From positions 17,900 through 81,899 of the forward strand of contig JAKBXW010000002.1 in assembly GCA_021840555.1 (NCBI GenBank): a stretch of 64,000 nt of DNA. The letters are read 5' to 3'. Origin of the DNA: Nitrospirota bacterium (GTDB lineage Bacteria > Nitrospirota > Leptospirillia > Leptospirillales > Leptospirillaceae). Positions 8,943 through 17,514 of this stretch are shown one piece after another; position 1 is the stretch's first letter, and each line of letters begins with the position of its first letter. The position numbers and the translations under genes were made by a program. Under the pieces are notes generated by a model that had not been told where the DNA came from, searched no databases, and saw only the letters and a program-made list of their open reading frames with translations.

Positions 8943-10369
8943 TGGCCCGAAGCTGTTTTAGATCCCTCTCCGAAGAGTTCCTTCCAGAGGGCGTCGATCC
9001 GGCGCATGACCGTTTCGGGCGCAGGTCCCCCCACATGGGAGCGCCGTTCGACCGAACCCCGCAGGGAAAGGGTGGAGGCATACCCCGGGGGGAATCGATC
9101 GAAAAAGGGTTTCAGGTCGACGTCGGTCAGCTCCTCGAGTGAGCGGCCTTTTTGGGCGGCGTCGGCCACGATCCGCCCCACGATAGCATGAGCTTCCCGG
9201 AATGGAACGCCGGCACGGACGAGATCCTCGGCGATATCCGTCGCAAGGAGCTCGGTCCCTTTGAGGATCTCCGCCACCCTCTCCTCCTCGAAGCGCATTC
9301 CCGAAACGGCATGGGTCATCATGGAGAGACAGGCCCTGGCGGTATCGAGGGCGTCGAAAAGGCGTTCCTTGTCCTCCTGAAGATCCCGGTTGTAGGAAAG
9401 GGGAAGGCCCTTGAGAAGCGTCATCAGCGCCCCGTAATCCGAAAAAACGCGTCCCGCCTTGCCCCGGACGAGCTCGAGAATGTCCGGGTTCTTTTTCTGG
9501 GGCATCATCGAGGATCCGGTGAGAAGGCGGTCGGGAAGGCGGATCATGCCGAACTCCCGGGTCGACCAGAGCACCCATTCCTCGGCCCAGCCCGAAAGGT
9601 GAACCATCAGAAGGGAAAGGGCGTGGAGGAAGTCGGCCACGAAATCCCGGTCTCCCACCGCGTCGAGACCGTTCTGCGTCACTCCGGAAAATCCCAGTTC
9701 GGCGGCCACCCCCTCCCGGTCGATCGGAAGGGTCGTTCCGGCCAGGGCTCCCGATCCGAGGGGAGAGAGACCGGCGCTTGCGACCGCCGCCAGCAGACGG
9801 GCCCTGTCCCGCAGAAGACGCTCCGCATAGGCCCCGAAATAATATCCCCCCGAGATGGGCTGTGCCTGCTGGACGTGCGTATAGCCCGGAAGAATGAAAT
9901 CCCGGTATTCCCTCGCTTTTTTCAGGGTCTCCCGAAGAAGTCCCTCCACAGAGACCGCCATCATCGCGGCCTCTTTCCGGACGAAAAGACGCAGGTCGAG
10001 AGACACCTGGTCGTTCCGGCTCCGGGCCGTGTGAATCTTGAGGCCGGCCGGACCGGCGTGGTGGACCAGACGCTTCTCCACATGCATGTGGATGTCCTCC
10101 CATTCGATCCGGACGGGAAATGTGCCTGAAGCAAACTCCTCCGCCACCTTGTCGAGCCCCGAGAGGATCTGTCCGAGCTCCTCTTCGGAGAGGAGTCCGA
10201 TCCGGCGAAGCATCCGGGCGTGGGCCCGGGATCCCTCGATGTCTTCCTTCCAGAGCCTCCTGTCAAAGGAAATAGACTCGGTAAAGGCCTCCACGTCCCG
10301 CTCCGTTGGCTCCGAGAAGCGGCCGCCCCAGGGTTTTTCCGATTGGGAGCCCGTCTCTTCTTCGCTCAC
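8939..10369 (-). CDS. argH: argininosuccinate lyase
   Basis: 'WGGRFSE', 'SRAHARML', 'GYTHVQQAQP', 'GSSMMPQKKNPD' (fumarate-lyase signature). Confidence 0.95.
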   Translation of the reverse strand: MSEEETGSQSEKPWGGRFSEPTERDVEAFTESISFDRRLWKEDIEGSRAHARMLRRIGLLSEEELGQILSGLDKVAEEFASGTFPVRIEWEDIHMHVEKRLVHHAGPAGLKIHTARSRNDQVSLDLRLFVRKEAAMMAVSVEGLLRETLKKAREYRDFILPGYTHVQQAQPISGGYYFGAYAERLLRDRARLLAAVASAGLSPLGSGALAGTTLPIDREGVAAELGFSGVTQNGLDAVGDRDFVADFLHALSLLMVHLSGWAEEWVLWSTREFGMIRLPDRLLTGSSMMPQKKNPDILELVRGKAGRVFSDYGALMTLLKGLPLSYNRDLQEDKERLFDALDTARACLSMMTHAVSGMRFEEERVAEILKGTELLATDIAEDLVRAGVPFREAHAIVGRIVADAAQKGRSLEELTDVDLKPFFDRFPPGYASTLSLRGSVERRSHVGGPAPETVMRRIDALWKELFGEGSKTASGQ

Positions 10370-11598
10370 AGGGAGGTTCCTTCTTGATCGGAAAAAAGCT
10401 TGAGACGGAGAGCCTGGATCCGGATGAAGCCGTCCGCGTCGGCCTGGCGGTACACGCTGTCCGTCTCGAAGGTGGCGAGATCCTTCCGGTACAGGGAATA
10501 GGGGGAGCGCCGTCCGAGAACCCGGATTCCCCCCTTGAAGAGGAGAAGTCGGACATCCCCGGTCACCCGTTCCTGCGTGGAGGCGATGAGATCGGCCAGA
10601 GCCAGACGTTCCGGGGAAAACCAGAAACCGTTATAGATCATCCGGGCGTATTGGGGCATGAACTGGGCCTTCATGGAAAGAAGTTCCCGGTCGAGGGTCA
10701 GCGTCTCGAGAGCCCGGTGGGCGGCGTGCAGAACTGTTCCACCCGGAGTCTCGTAAACCCCGCGGGACTTCATTCCCACGAAGCGGCTTTCCACCAGGTC
10801 GATCCGCCCTATTCCGTGAAGGGCTCCGAGGCTGTTTGCCTTCTCCATGAGGTCGAGGGGAGAGAGGAGGGCTCCGTTGATCGCGATCGGGATTCCCTTC
10901 TCGAAGGAGACCGTCACCTCCTCAGGCTCGTCGGGTGCGGTCCGGGGATTCCGGGTCAGCTGGAAGATCTCTTCCGGCGGAGCCACCCAGGGATCCTCGA
11001 GGATCCCTCCCTCGTAGCTCGTGTGAAAAAGATTCCGGTCGACGCTGTAGGGTTTCTCCAGGGTGGCCGTCACGGGAATCCGGTGCTTTTTGGAATAGTT
11101 GATGAGCTCGGAGCGGCTGGTGAAGCCCCAGAGCCTCCAGGGCGCCAGGATCCGGATCCGGGGGTTGAAGTAGTAGTAGGCGAGTTCGAAGCGGACCTGG
11201 TCGTTTCCCTTTCCGGTCGCCCCGTGCGCCACCGCGTCGGCTCCCCTCTCCCGCGCGATCTCCATCTGGACCTTTGCGATCAGGGGGCGGGCGATGGAGG
11301 TTCCAAGAAGGTAGCCGTCCTCGTAGACCGCGCCGGCCTGGATCATCGGAAAAAGATAGTCCCGGACGAAGATCTCACGAAGATCGACCACGACCACGTC
11401 GGAGGCCCCGCTTTTCCGGGCCTTCTGGGCCACCGCATCGAGGTCCTCCCCCTGGCCCAGATCGGCGCAGTAGCAGATGACCTCGCACCCGTAGGTCTCC
11501 TTGAGCCAGACGATCGCCACCGAGGTATCGAGTCCTCCGGAGTAAGCCAGAACCACCCGGGACGGGCGGTCGGATCCGTCATTCTTCTTCTGTTCCAT
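10366..11598 (-). CDS. argG: argininosuccinate synthase
   Basis: 'VVLAYSGGLDTS', 'HGATGKGNDQVRFE', 'SVDRNLFHTSYEGG'. Confidence 0.95.
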   Translation of the reverse strand: MEQKKNDGSDRPSRVVLAYSGGLDTSVAIVWLKETYGCEVICYCADLGQGEDLDAVAQKARKSGASDVVVVDLREIFVRDYLFPMIQAGAVYEDGYLLGTSIARPLIAKVQMEIARERGADAVAHGATGKGNDQVRFELAYYYFNPRIRILAPWRLWGFTSRSELINYSKKHRIPVTATLEKPYSVDRNLFHTSYEGGILEDPWVAPPEEIFQLTRNPRTAPDEPEEVTVSFEKGIPIAINGALLSPLDLMEKANSLGALHGIGRIDLVESRFVGMKSRGVYETPGGTVLHAAHRALETLTLDRELLSMKAQFMPQYARMIYNGFWFSPERLALADLIASTQERVTGDVRLLLFKGGIRVLGRRSPYSLYRKDLATFETDSVYRQADADGFIRIQALRLKLFSDQEGTSL

Positions 11599-11601
11599 CG
11601 C

Positions 11602-12534
11602 CTACAGCTCCCTTCCCATGCAAAACATCATGATCGCCTTCTGGAGCGGAAGCCGGGCAGCCGCCTGCTCGAAGACCCGAGATCGGGGCCCGTCGATGAC
11701 CTCCGCCGTGATTTCCTTTCCGCGGTAGGCCGGCAGACAATGCATGACGATGGCCTCAGGATCGGCCACCCCAAGCAGGCTCCGGTCGATGCAGTACCCG
11801 CGGAATGCCTTTTCCCGTATGGCGGATTCCGCCTCCTGTCCCATGCTCGTCCAGACATCGGTATAGAGGACCTGGGCTCCACGGGAGGCCTCCAGGGGAT
11901 CCGGGAGCGTCCGGATACTGCCTCCCGCCTCCCGCGCGATCCGGTCGAGAGCCCCCACCTCATCCTCCGGAAGCTGGTAGTCCTTCGGAGAGGCCAGGAT
12001 CAGATTCACGCCCAGGCGGGCCGCACCCTCGGCCAGGGAACGGGCCATGTTGTTTCCGTCTCCCACATAGGTCACCCGGAGTCCCGGCAGGGTCCCGAAG
12101 ACCTTCTCCATGTAAAAAAAGTCGGAAAGGGCCTGGCAGGGGTGGTGGCCATCGGTCAGGCCATTGATCACCGGAATTCCGGCCGCAGCTGAAAAGGCCT
12201 CGATCCGTTCATGGCCGAAGGTCCGGATGACCAGCATGTCGAGGTAGGCGCTCATGACCCTTGCGGTATCCTCGATCGTCTCCCCCCGTGCGAGCTGGAT
12301 GTCTCCTCCCAGAAAGAGGCTTCCCCCGCCAAGCTGGCGGATTCCGGCCTCGAAGGAGAGTCTGGTTCTCGTCGAGCTTTTCTCAAAGAGCAGACCGACG
12401 GTCTTCCAGGCCAGGGGCGTCCGGTACCCTTCCGGCTCGGCCTCTATCCGTCTGGCCAGCTCCATGATGGAGCGGAGCTCGCCGGAAGTCCTTTCGAGAA
12501 GTGTCAGGAAGGAGCGATGCGGGCTTTTTTTCAA
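11602..12534 (-). CDS. argF: ornithine carbamoyltransferase
   Basis: 'FEKSSTRTRLSFE', 'HPCQALSD', 'DVWTSMG', 'HCLPAYRG'. Confidence 0.9.
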   Translation of the reverse strand: MKKSPHRSFLTLLERTSGELRSIMELARRIEAEPEGYRTPLAWKTVGLLFEKSSTRTRLSFEAGIRQLGGGSLFLGGDIQLARGETIEDTARVMSAYLDMLVIRTFGHERIEAFSAAAGIPVINGLTDGHHPCQALSDFFYMEKVFGTLPGLRVTYVGDGNNMARSLAEGAARLGVNLILASPKDYQLPEDEVGALDRIAREAGGSIRTLPDPLEASRGAQVLYTDVWTSMGQEAESAIREKAFRGYCIDRSLLGVADPEAIVMHCLPAYRGKEITAEVIDGPRSRVFEQAAARLPLQKAIMMFCMGREL

Positions 12535-12536
12535 AA

Positions 12537-13790
12537 TCAGAAACCTCCGGGATTTCCCATGGACGCAAAAACGCGATCCGCGGATTTGATGAAGGTGGCG
12601 ATCTCCTCGAGGGAGAGGTTGACGGGAGGAAGCAGACGGATCACTTCGGGCCCCGTGGCGTTGACGAGTACTTTTTCCTTGAGGAAGCGATCCTTGACCT
12701 CAACGGCCCTGCCTGGCAGAACGAGACCGATCATCATTCCCTTTCCCCGTATCTCCCGGATCCATTCGGGATAGAGGTCCCTGAGCGAGGACAGTTCCTC
12801 CCAGAGAGTGTCGGCGATCCTCTGCCCCCCCTCCGGGAGGTAGCCCTCCTCGAAGAGGGACTCGAGAACCGCCAGACCCGCGGCGCATGCCAAAGGATTT
12901 CCTCCGAAGGTCGATCCATGGGACCCGGGGGGAAGACATTCCGCCAGCTGTTCGGTCGTCAGCAGGGCCCCAAGGGGAAGACCGCCTCCCAGTGCCTTTG
13001 CCGAGAGAAGAATGTCCGGCACCACATCGAAGGACTCATAGGCGAAAAGGGTGCCCGTCCTGCCGATTCCGGTCTGGATCTCGTCGAAGACGAGAAGGAT
13101 GTCCCGCTCTCTCGTGAAGCGTCTCAGCTCCCTTATAAACCCTGGGTCGGCGGGAACAACCCCCCCTTCTCCCTGGACAAGTTCCACAAAGATGGCCACC
13201 GTTTCGGGCGTCACCTTGCTCGCGACCGCCTCGAAATCATTGAAGGGAGCCCAATCGAATCCCCCGGGAAGAGGACCGATCCCTTCCCGGATTTTTTTCT
13301 GGCCCGTAAGCGTCAGTGATCCCAGGGTCCGGCCGTGAAAACTTCCTTCGAGACCCAGAAGGCCGTAACGTCCGGACCGATCCCCGTACCGCCTTGCGAG
13401 CTTGATGGCGGCCTCGACGACCTCCGTCCCGGAGTTGGCGAAGAAGACCCTATCGGCGAAGGTTTCCCTGACGAGCAGCTCCGCAAGAAGGATCTGGGGT
13501 TCGTGATAATAGAGATTGGATGTGTGGAGCAGTCGCTGGGCCTGTTTCTGCACGGCGACCGTCACCCTGGGATGACAGTGTCCGAGGACGTGGATCGCCA
13601 CCCCTCCCAAAAAGTCGAGAAAGGCGTTCCCTTCCACATCATAGAGCCAGGCCCCTCTCCCCTTCCGGAAGACCAGATCTTCCCGACGAACGTTACCCAC
13701 GAGGACACGGCGTCCCCGGGCCGCCCACTCGGCATTCGATACTGTCGACGGATGGGATCCCTCGTCAGGCTTCACCACTTCCCTCCCCAC
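12537..13790 (-). CDS. argD: acetylornithine aminotransferase
   Basis: Class-III aminotransferase: 'GRGAWLYDVEGNAFLDFLGG', 'FANSGTEVVEAAIKLAR', 'DEIQTGIGRTG', 'LSAKALGGG'. Confidence 0.9.
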   Translation of the reverse strand: MGREVVKPDEGSHPSTVSNAEWAARGRRVLVGNVRREDLVFRKGRGAWLYDVEGNAFLDFLGGVAIHVLGHCHPRVTVAVQKQAQRLLHTSNLYYHEPQILLAELLVRETFADRVFFANSGTEVVEAAIKLARRYGDRSGRYGLLGLEGSFHGRTLGSLTLTGQKKIREGIGPLPGGFDWAPFNDFEAVASKVTPETVAIFVELVQGEGGVVPADPGFIRELRRFTRERDILLVFDEIQTGIGRTGTLFAYESFDVVPDILLSAKALGGGLPLGALLTTEQLAECLPPGSHGSTFGGNPLACAAGLAVLESLFEEGYLPEGGQRIADTLWEELSSLRDLYPEWIREIRGKGMMIGLVLPGRAVEVKDRFLKEKVLVNATGPEVIRLLPPVNLSLEEIATFIKSADRVFASMGNPGGF

Positions 13791-13796
13791 TTTGAA

Positions 13797-14822
13797 TCAC
13801 GACAGCACCCTGGATTTCCGATCTCCCGCCATCACCTCCCTGATCCGGTCGAACTCTTCCCGGGAACCGATCAGAACAATCTGGTCGAGAGCCCTCAGAA
13901 CAGTCTGGGCTGTCGGAAGTACGAAATTTTTTCCCCCGACCGGGCGTATGGCGATGATATGGGAGCGAAACCCGAATTTCTTGCCGATCTCGGCGATCGA
14001 CAGGTCGCAGAAAGGTGACAATTCCGGCACCACAAGCTCTTCGAAGGTCAGCCCCATCCCGTCACGGGTCGTCACGATATCCATCACATCGAGAAGCGTC
14101 GGCTGGGTCAGGGCCATGACCATCCGGTTGCTCCCGAGAATGAAGGGGGAGACGACCTTGTTGGCCCCGGCCTTCAGAAGCTTGGCTTCCGTCCGGGGAT
14201 CGTTCGCCATGGCAATGATCGTGAGCCCAGGATGATCGATCCGGCTGCTCATCACAATATACGCCGCATCGGCGACCCGCGTCGAAAGGGTCACCAAAAG
14301 CGCCTGCGCCCGGCCGATCCCCGCCTTTCCGAGAACGCCCTCCTCGGTCGCGTTTCCCATGACAGAAAGGAATTTCCTCGACACGGCCTCCTTAACAAGG
14401 TCAGGATTCTCTTCCACCACAACGAAGGGGATCCCTCTCTCGGCCAGCGAAGCGGCCGTCAGTGTGCCGATCCGCCCGAACCCGCAGACGATGACATGGT
14501 TCTCAAGCTTTTCGATCATCCTCTCCATCTTGCGGCCTCCCAGGAAGCTCTGCAGGTGTCCTTCGAGGATCATCTCCGACAGGGTGGCGATGGCGTACCC
14601 CAGGGCGCCGACTCCGACGACGATCAGGACCATCGTGAAAAAAAGACCCGCCCTGTCCAGAGGGTGAACCGTCTGGTACCCGACCGTGGACAGGGTGATC
14701 ACCGTCATGAAAAGGGAATCCAGCCAGCCCCATCCCTCGATTTCCCTATAGCCGAGCGTCCCTCCTCCGATTAAAAGGATAATCAGGAGGAGGGAAAGAC
14801 GAAACCTCTGGATGGGCGTCAC
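13797..14822 (-). CDS. 2-TM potassium-channel-type protein with RCK (TrkA-N/TrkA-C) domain
   Basis: Pore helix and filter 'FMTVITLSTVGYQT', Rossmann 'VIVCGFGRIGT', C-terminal TrkA-C-like region. Confidence 0.8.
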   Translation of the reverse strand: MTPIQRFRLSLLLIILLIGGGTLGYREIEGWGWLDSLFMTVITLSTVGYQTVHPLDRAGLFFTMVLIVVGVGALGYAIATLSEMILEGHLQSFLGGRKMERMIEKLENHVIVCGFGRIGTLTAASLAERGIPFVVVEENPDLVKEAVSRKFLSVMGNATEEGVLGKAGIGRAQALLVTLSTRVADAAYIVMSSRIDHPGLTIIAMANDPRTEAKLLKAGANKVVSPFILGSNRMVMALTQPTLLDVMDIVTTRDGMGLTFEELVVPELSPFCDLSIAEIGKKFGFRSHIIAIRPVGGKNFVLPTAQTVLRALDQIVLIGSREEFDRIREVMAGDRKSRVLS

Positions 14823-14841
14823 AGGGACCTTTCCGGATTTC

Positions 14842-16215
14842 TCAGGCTTCGAGCAGGCCTGCCAGCTTTCTTTCGATATCCTCCGGGGTGATCCTGTCCC
14901 GGAGATATTTCACCCAGAGAATCTTTTCCGACTCCCGGTAGCGGCAATCCACCACCCCAGCCATGTCCCCCAGCTGGCGGACGAGGGGCTGGGGATCGGA
15001 AAGCTCCCTCTCCACAGGTCGTTCGAAGGTTTCGAGAAGATTGGGGTCGGTCAGCCCCATCGCGATGAAAAACCAGAGAATGGCGATCACCAGCATCCCG
15101 ATGAAGAAGGCCTCGTTCGACACCGTGACCAATGCCCCCCCCAGGGCCCCTCCCAGAAAGGCTCCCATGAACTGGCTCATGTTGAAGACCCCCGACGAGG
15201 TCCCCCGGGTCCGGGTCCGGACAAACCGGGTCATGATGGAGGGCATGAGCGGCTCGAGAAGGTTGAAACCGACAAAGAAGACGGACAGGCCGGCGATCAG
15301 ACCAAATTCGCTGCGGTATCCCATGAGGAATATCACAAAACTCACGACGATGAAGGCGATGGCGATCAGGTAAGCCACCTTGAGCTTCTTGCGCTTCTCC
15401 GCCACGATCATCCCCGGAACCATGAGGAACATGCCTCCGAGGATCACGGGCAAATAGACCTTCCACATGCTCTGGGCCGACATGTACTTGTGGAGAAGCA
15501 CCGGGAAACTCACAAAAACACCGGTCAGAAAGAGATGCAGTGTGAAGACGGAAATATCGATCCGGAGAAGGGCCGGATTCCGGAGAACGTAGCCGAGCTG
15601 GGAAAGGGAGAGCTCCATCTCGTTCTTGTGGACCGCCCCGACAGGATTGGGAACGATCAGCAGAAGGATCGCGATTCCCACGAGGGCCAGAACGGATGTC
15701 AGCCAGAAGAGGGAGGATACTCCATAATGGGCGCCCACGATCGGACCCACCACCATCCCGACGGCAAAGGAAAGGCCGATCGAGATCCCGATCCCCGCCA
15801 TGGCCCGGGTCCGGTACTCCTCGCGGGTGAGATCGGCCATCAGGGCGATCACCACGGAGGCCACGGCCCCCGCTCCCTGGAGGAGACGCCCGACAAACAG
15901 GCCCAGGACCGAATGGGCGGTCGCCGCAAAGATCGAACCCCCCGCAAAGATGAGAAGGCCGATCACGATCATGGGCTTTCTGCCGAAGCGGTCGGAAAGC
16001 ATCCCGAAGGGAACCTGGAATATCGCCTGTGAAAGGCCGTATCCTCCAAGAGCCAGCCCGAGCCACAGAGGATCGGCCCCCGGAAGGGTTCGCGCATAGA
16101 GGCTAATCACCGGAAGCACGATGAAAAGGCCGAACATCCGAATTGCGAAAATCATGCTGAGACCGGCCAGAGTTTTCTTCTCGACCGCGCTCAGTCCTTC
16201 CCCGTTCCCCGCCAT
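14842..16215 (-). CDS. MFS transporter with a C-terminal soluble extension of about 75 aa
   Basis: 'GMLSDRFGRKP' MFS loop motif and 12 predicted TM segments. ATG at 16215 has an AAAGGA RBS, whereas the longer TTG start at 16263 has none. Confidence 0.8.
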   Translation of the reverse strand: MAGNGEGLSAVEKKTLAGLSMIFAIRMFGLFIVLPVISLYARTLPGADPLWLGLALGGYGLSQAIFQVPFGMLSDRFGRKPMIVIGLLIFAGGSIFAATAHSVLGLFVGRLLQGAGAVASVVIALMADLTREEYRTRAMAGIGISIGLSFAVGMVVGPIVGAHYGVSSLFWLTSVLALVGIAILLLIVPNPVGAVHKNEMELSLSQLGYVLRNPALLRIDISVFTLHLFLTGVFVSFPVLLHKYMSAQSMWKVYLPVILGGMFLMVPGMIVAEKRKKLKVAYLIAIAFIVVSFVIFLMGYRSEFGLIAGLSVFFVGFNLLEPLMPSIMTRFVRTRTRGTSSGVFNMSQFMGAFLGGALGGALVTVSNEAFFIGMLVIAILWFFIAMGLTDPNLLETFERPVERELSDPQPLVRQLGDMAGVVDCRYRESEKILWVKYLRDRITPEDIERKLAGLLEA

Positions 16216-16230
16216 GAAACTATCCTTTCC

Positions 16231-16246
16231 AAAAATCCGGATTTTT
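16231..16246. promoter_or_regulatory. perfect 16-bp palindrome upstream of the MFS gene RBS
   Basis: AAAAATCCGGATTTTT, immediately 5' of the AAAGGA RBS and ATG at 16215. With no loop it looks more like an operator than a hairpin. Confidence 0.35.
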
Positions 16247-16402
16247 TCGATCCTTGCAGACAATTATTCGCCCAATGACAAAAGGCGCGCATCTTTTAAG
16301 ATTAACTGGTAAGGGCTTTGAAATTCAAGCATCGTTGCCGGGACAGGCGGACAGAAACCAGGGACCGCAAAAATGCCGGAACCACGAAGGCGTGAGAAAG
16401 CG

Positions 16403-16591
16403 TTATTGGGAAGGGTTGGCGGAAGGGGGTGGGGTGGGATGGGAGTATTGGCTGAAAGAATCATGGCCCAGAAGTCCCCACATCATGGAGCCGAAGAGGA
16501 GAAGAAAAAGACCGATGACTCCGGCCAATATAAAAAATATCGGCCGGGCATCGGTCCACATTTTCCTGATTTCCGCAATGACCCGCATCAT
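16403..16591 (-). CDS. hypothetical small membrane protein (62 aa)
   Basis: Internal Met of the track ORF 16403..16675: 'MMRVIAEIRKMWTDARPIFFILAGVIGLFLLLFGSMMWGLLG', one TM, Pro-rich tail. Weak RBS. Confidence 0.3.
   Translation of the reverse strand: MMRVIAEIRKMWTDARPIFFILAGVIGLFLLLFGSMMWGLLGHDSFSQYSHPTPPPSANPSQ
16425..16443 (+). other. G-quadruplex-type motif
   Basis: GGGGGTGGGGTGGGATGGG: four G-tracts with 1-2 nt loops on the plus strand, which is the template strand for the minus-strand genes here. Confidence 0.4.
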
Positions 16592-16619
16592 AAATCCTAG
16601 AAAAAGGCCAGCACGAAAC

Positions 16620-16748
16620 CTACTTGTCGGGATTGGAGTAGATGGAAGAGATGGCCATGAACCATCCCGCGACAATCATCAATCCGAGAGCGATCGGGAT
16701 AGCCCACTCCAGCGCAGTCCAGTTACCAACGGTTTGAATGGGAGCCAT
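16620..16748 (-). CDS. hypothetical small membrane protein (42 aa, below the ORF-track size cut-off)
   Basis: Hand translation 'MAPIQTVGNWTALEWAIPIALGLMIVAGWFMAISSIYSNPDK*'. GGAGG lies 7 nt upstream of the ATG. An AT-rich region upstream has TTGCGA-17-TATCCT. Confidence 0.4.
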   Translation of the reverse strand: MAPIQTVGNWTALEWAIPIALGLMIVAGWFMAISSIYSNPDK

Positions 16749-16883
16749 TCTGGAACCTCCAGTCGGGATAATGTAATAGTTCGGACGGCGAACAGGTGAG
16801 TCGCCGATTCCTAGAGGATAGCCAAAGAAATCAAAAATCGCAAGTCGAAAATTCGAATCCCTTTTAAAATTCTCCCAATCCTG

Positions 16884-17456
16884 CTATCGGCCATAGCGCC
16901 CCACGAGTCTGCCCTTTCCGATGGTTGCAAAATGAAGAAAATAGCCGATCTGGGCCGGAGAGGCGGCCGACGGAACCGGCAGCTTCGCTGTTTTGAGCGC
17001 GTAGACGGTGACGATATAGTGATGGGGACGATCGCCCTTCGGGGGACAGGGTCCGCCATAACCCGGGGCCCCAAAATCGGTCACGGCCTGCCGTGAGCCG
17101 GGCGGAAGCCGGTGTCCATCCTTCGTCCCCGCCCCTTCCTTGAGCTCATGGACGCCGGCCGGAATGTCGTAGACCACCCAGTGCCACCAGCCGGAGCCGG
17201 TGGGGGCGTCCGGATCGTACACGGTCACCGCCACGCTTTTTGTTCCCCGGGGAAGCGCTCCCCAGCGGATTTCGGGAGAAACGTTTTTGCCGGAACATCC
17301 AAACCCCGAATAAACGAATTTTGACCCGATCCTTCCTCCATTTCTGAAAGAGGAACTCGTCACCCTGATCTTGGAAAGGGCGAAAGAGAGGGAAGGCGCA
17401 AGAACGAACGAAAACACGGAAAAAGCCAGGAGCGTGGTTTTTATTTTCGAAAACAT
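16884..17456 (-). CDS. YbhB/YbcL (PEBP, Raf-kinase-inhibitor-like) family protein, secreted
   Basis: 'VTVYDPDAPTGSGWWHWVVYDIP', 'GYGGPCPPKGDRPHHYIVTVYAL'. Signal peptide begins at 'MFSKIKTTLLAFSVFSFVLA'. Confidence 0.8.
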   Translation of the reverse strand: MFSKIKTTLLAFSVFSFVLAPSLSFALSKIRVTSSSFRNGGRIGSKFVYSGFGCSGKNVSPEIRWGALPRGTKSVAVTVYDPDAPTGSGWWHWVVYDIPAGVHELKEGAGTKDGHRLPPGSRQAVTDFGAPGYGGPCPPKGDRPHHYIVTVYALKTAKLPVPSAASPAQIGYFLHFATIGKGRLVGRYGR

Positions 17457-17514
17457 CGAAGTCTCCTTTCGGACCGTTTCCTTCCGGAAGGGAACGATCC
17501 GGATTGATCCAGTC

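Noticed and set aside
10306-12192. Long antisense ORFs: 628 aa here, plus 33097..35337 (746 aa), 18626..20497 (623 aa), 26615..28504 (629 aa), 14812..16032 and 14819..16066
   Set aside because: Each lies opposite to, or out of frame with, a gene that has clear family motifs (argG/argF, large subunit, rSAM, hypF, MFS). Their compositions are Arg/Gly/Pro-biased, so they are treated as non-coding shadows.
16852-16860. TTCGAATCC, a tRNA T-loop-like sequence, in the AT-rich spacer
   Set aside because: The flanking bases cannot form the 5-bp T-stem ('gaaaa' versus 'ccctt'), and no acceptor or anticodon arms are evident. It is not a tRNA.
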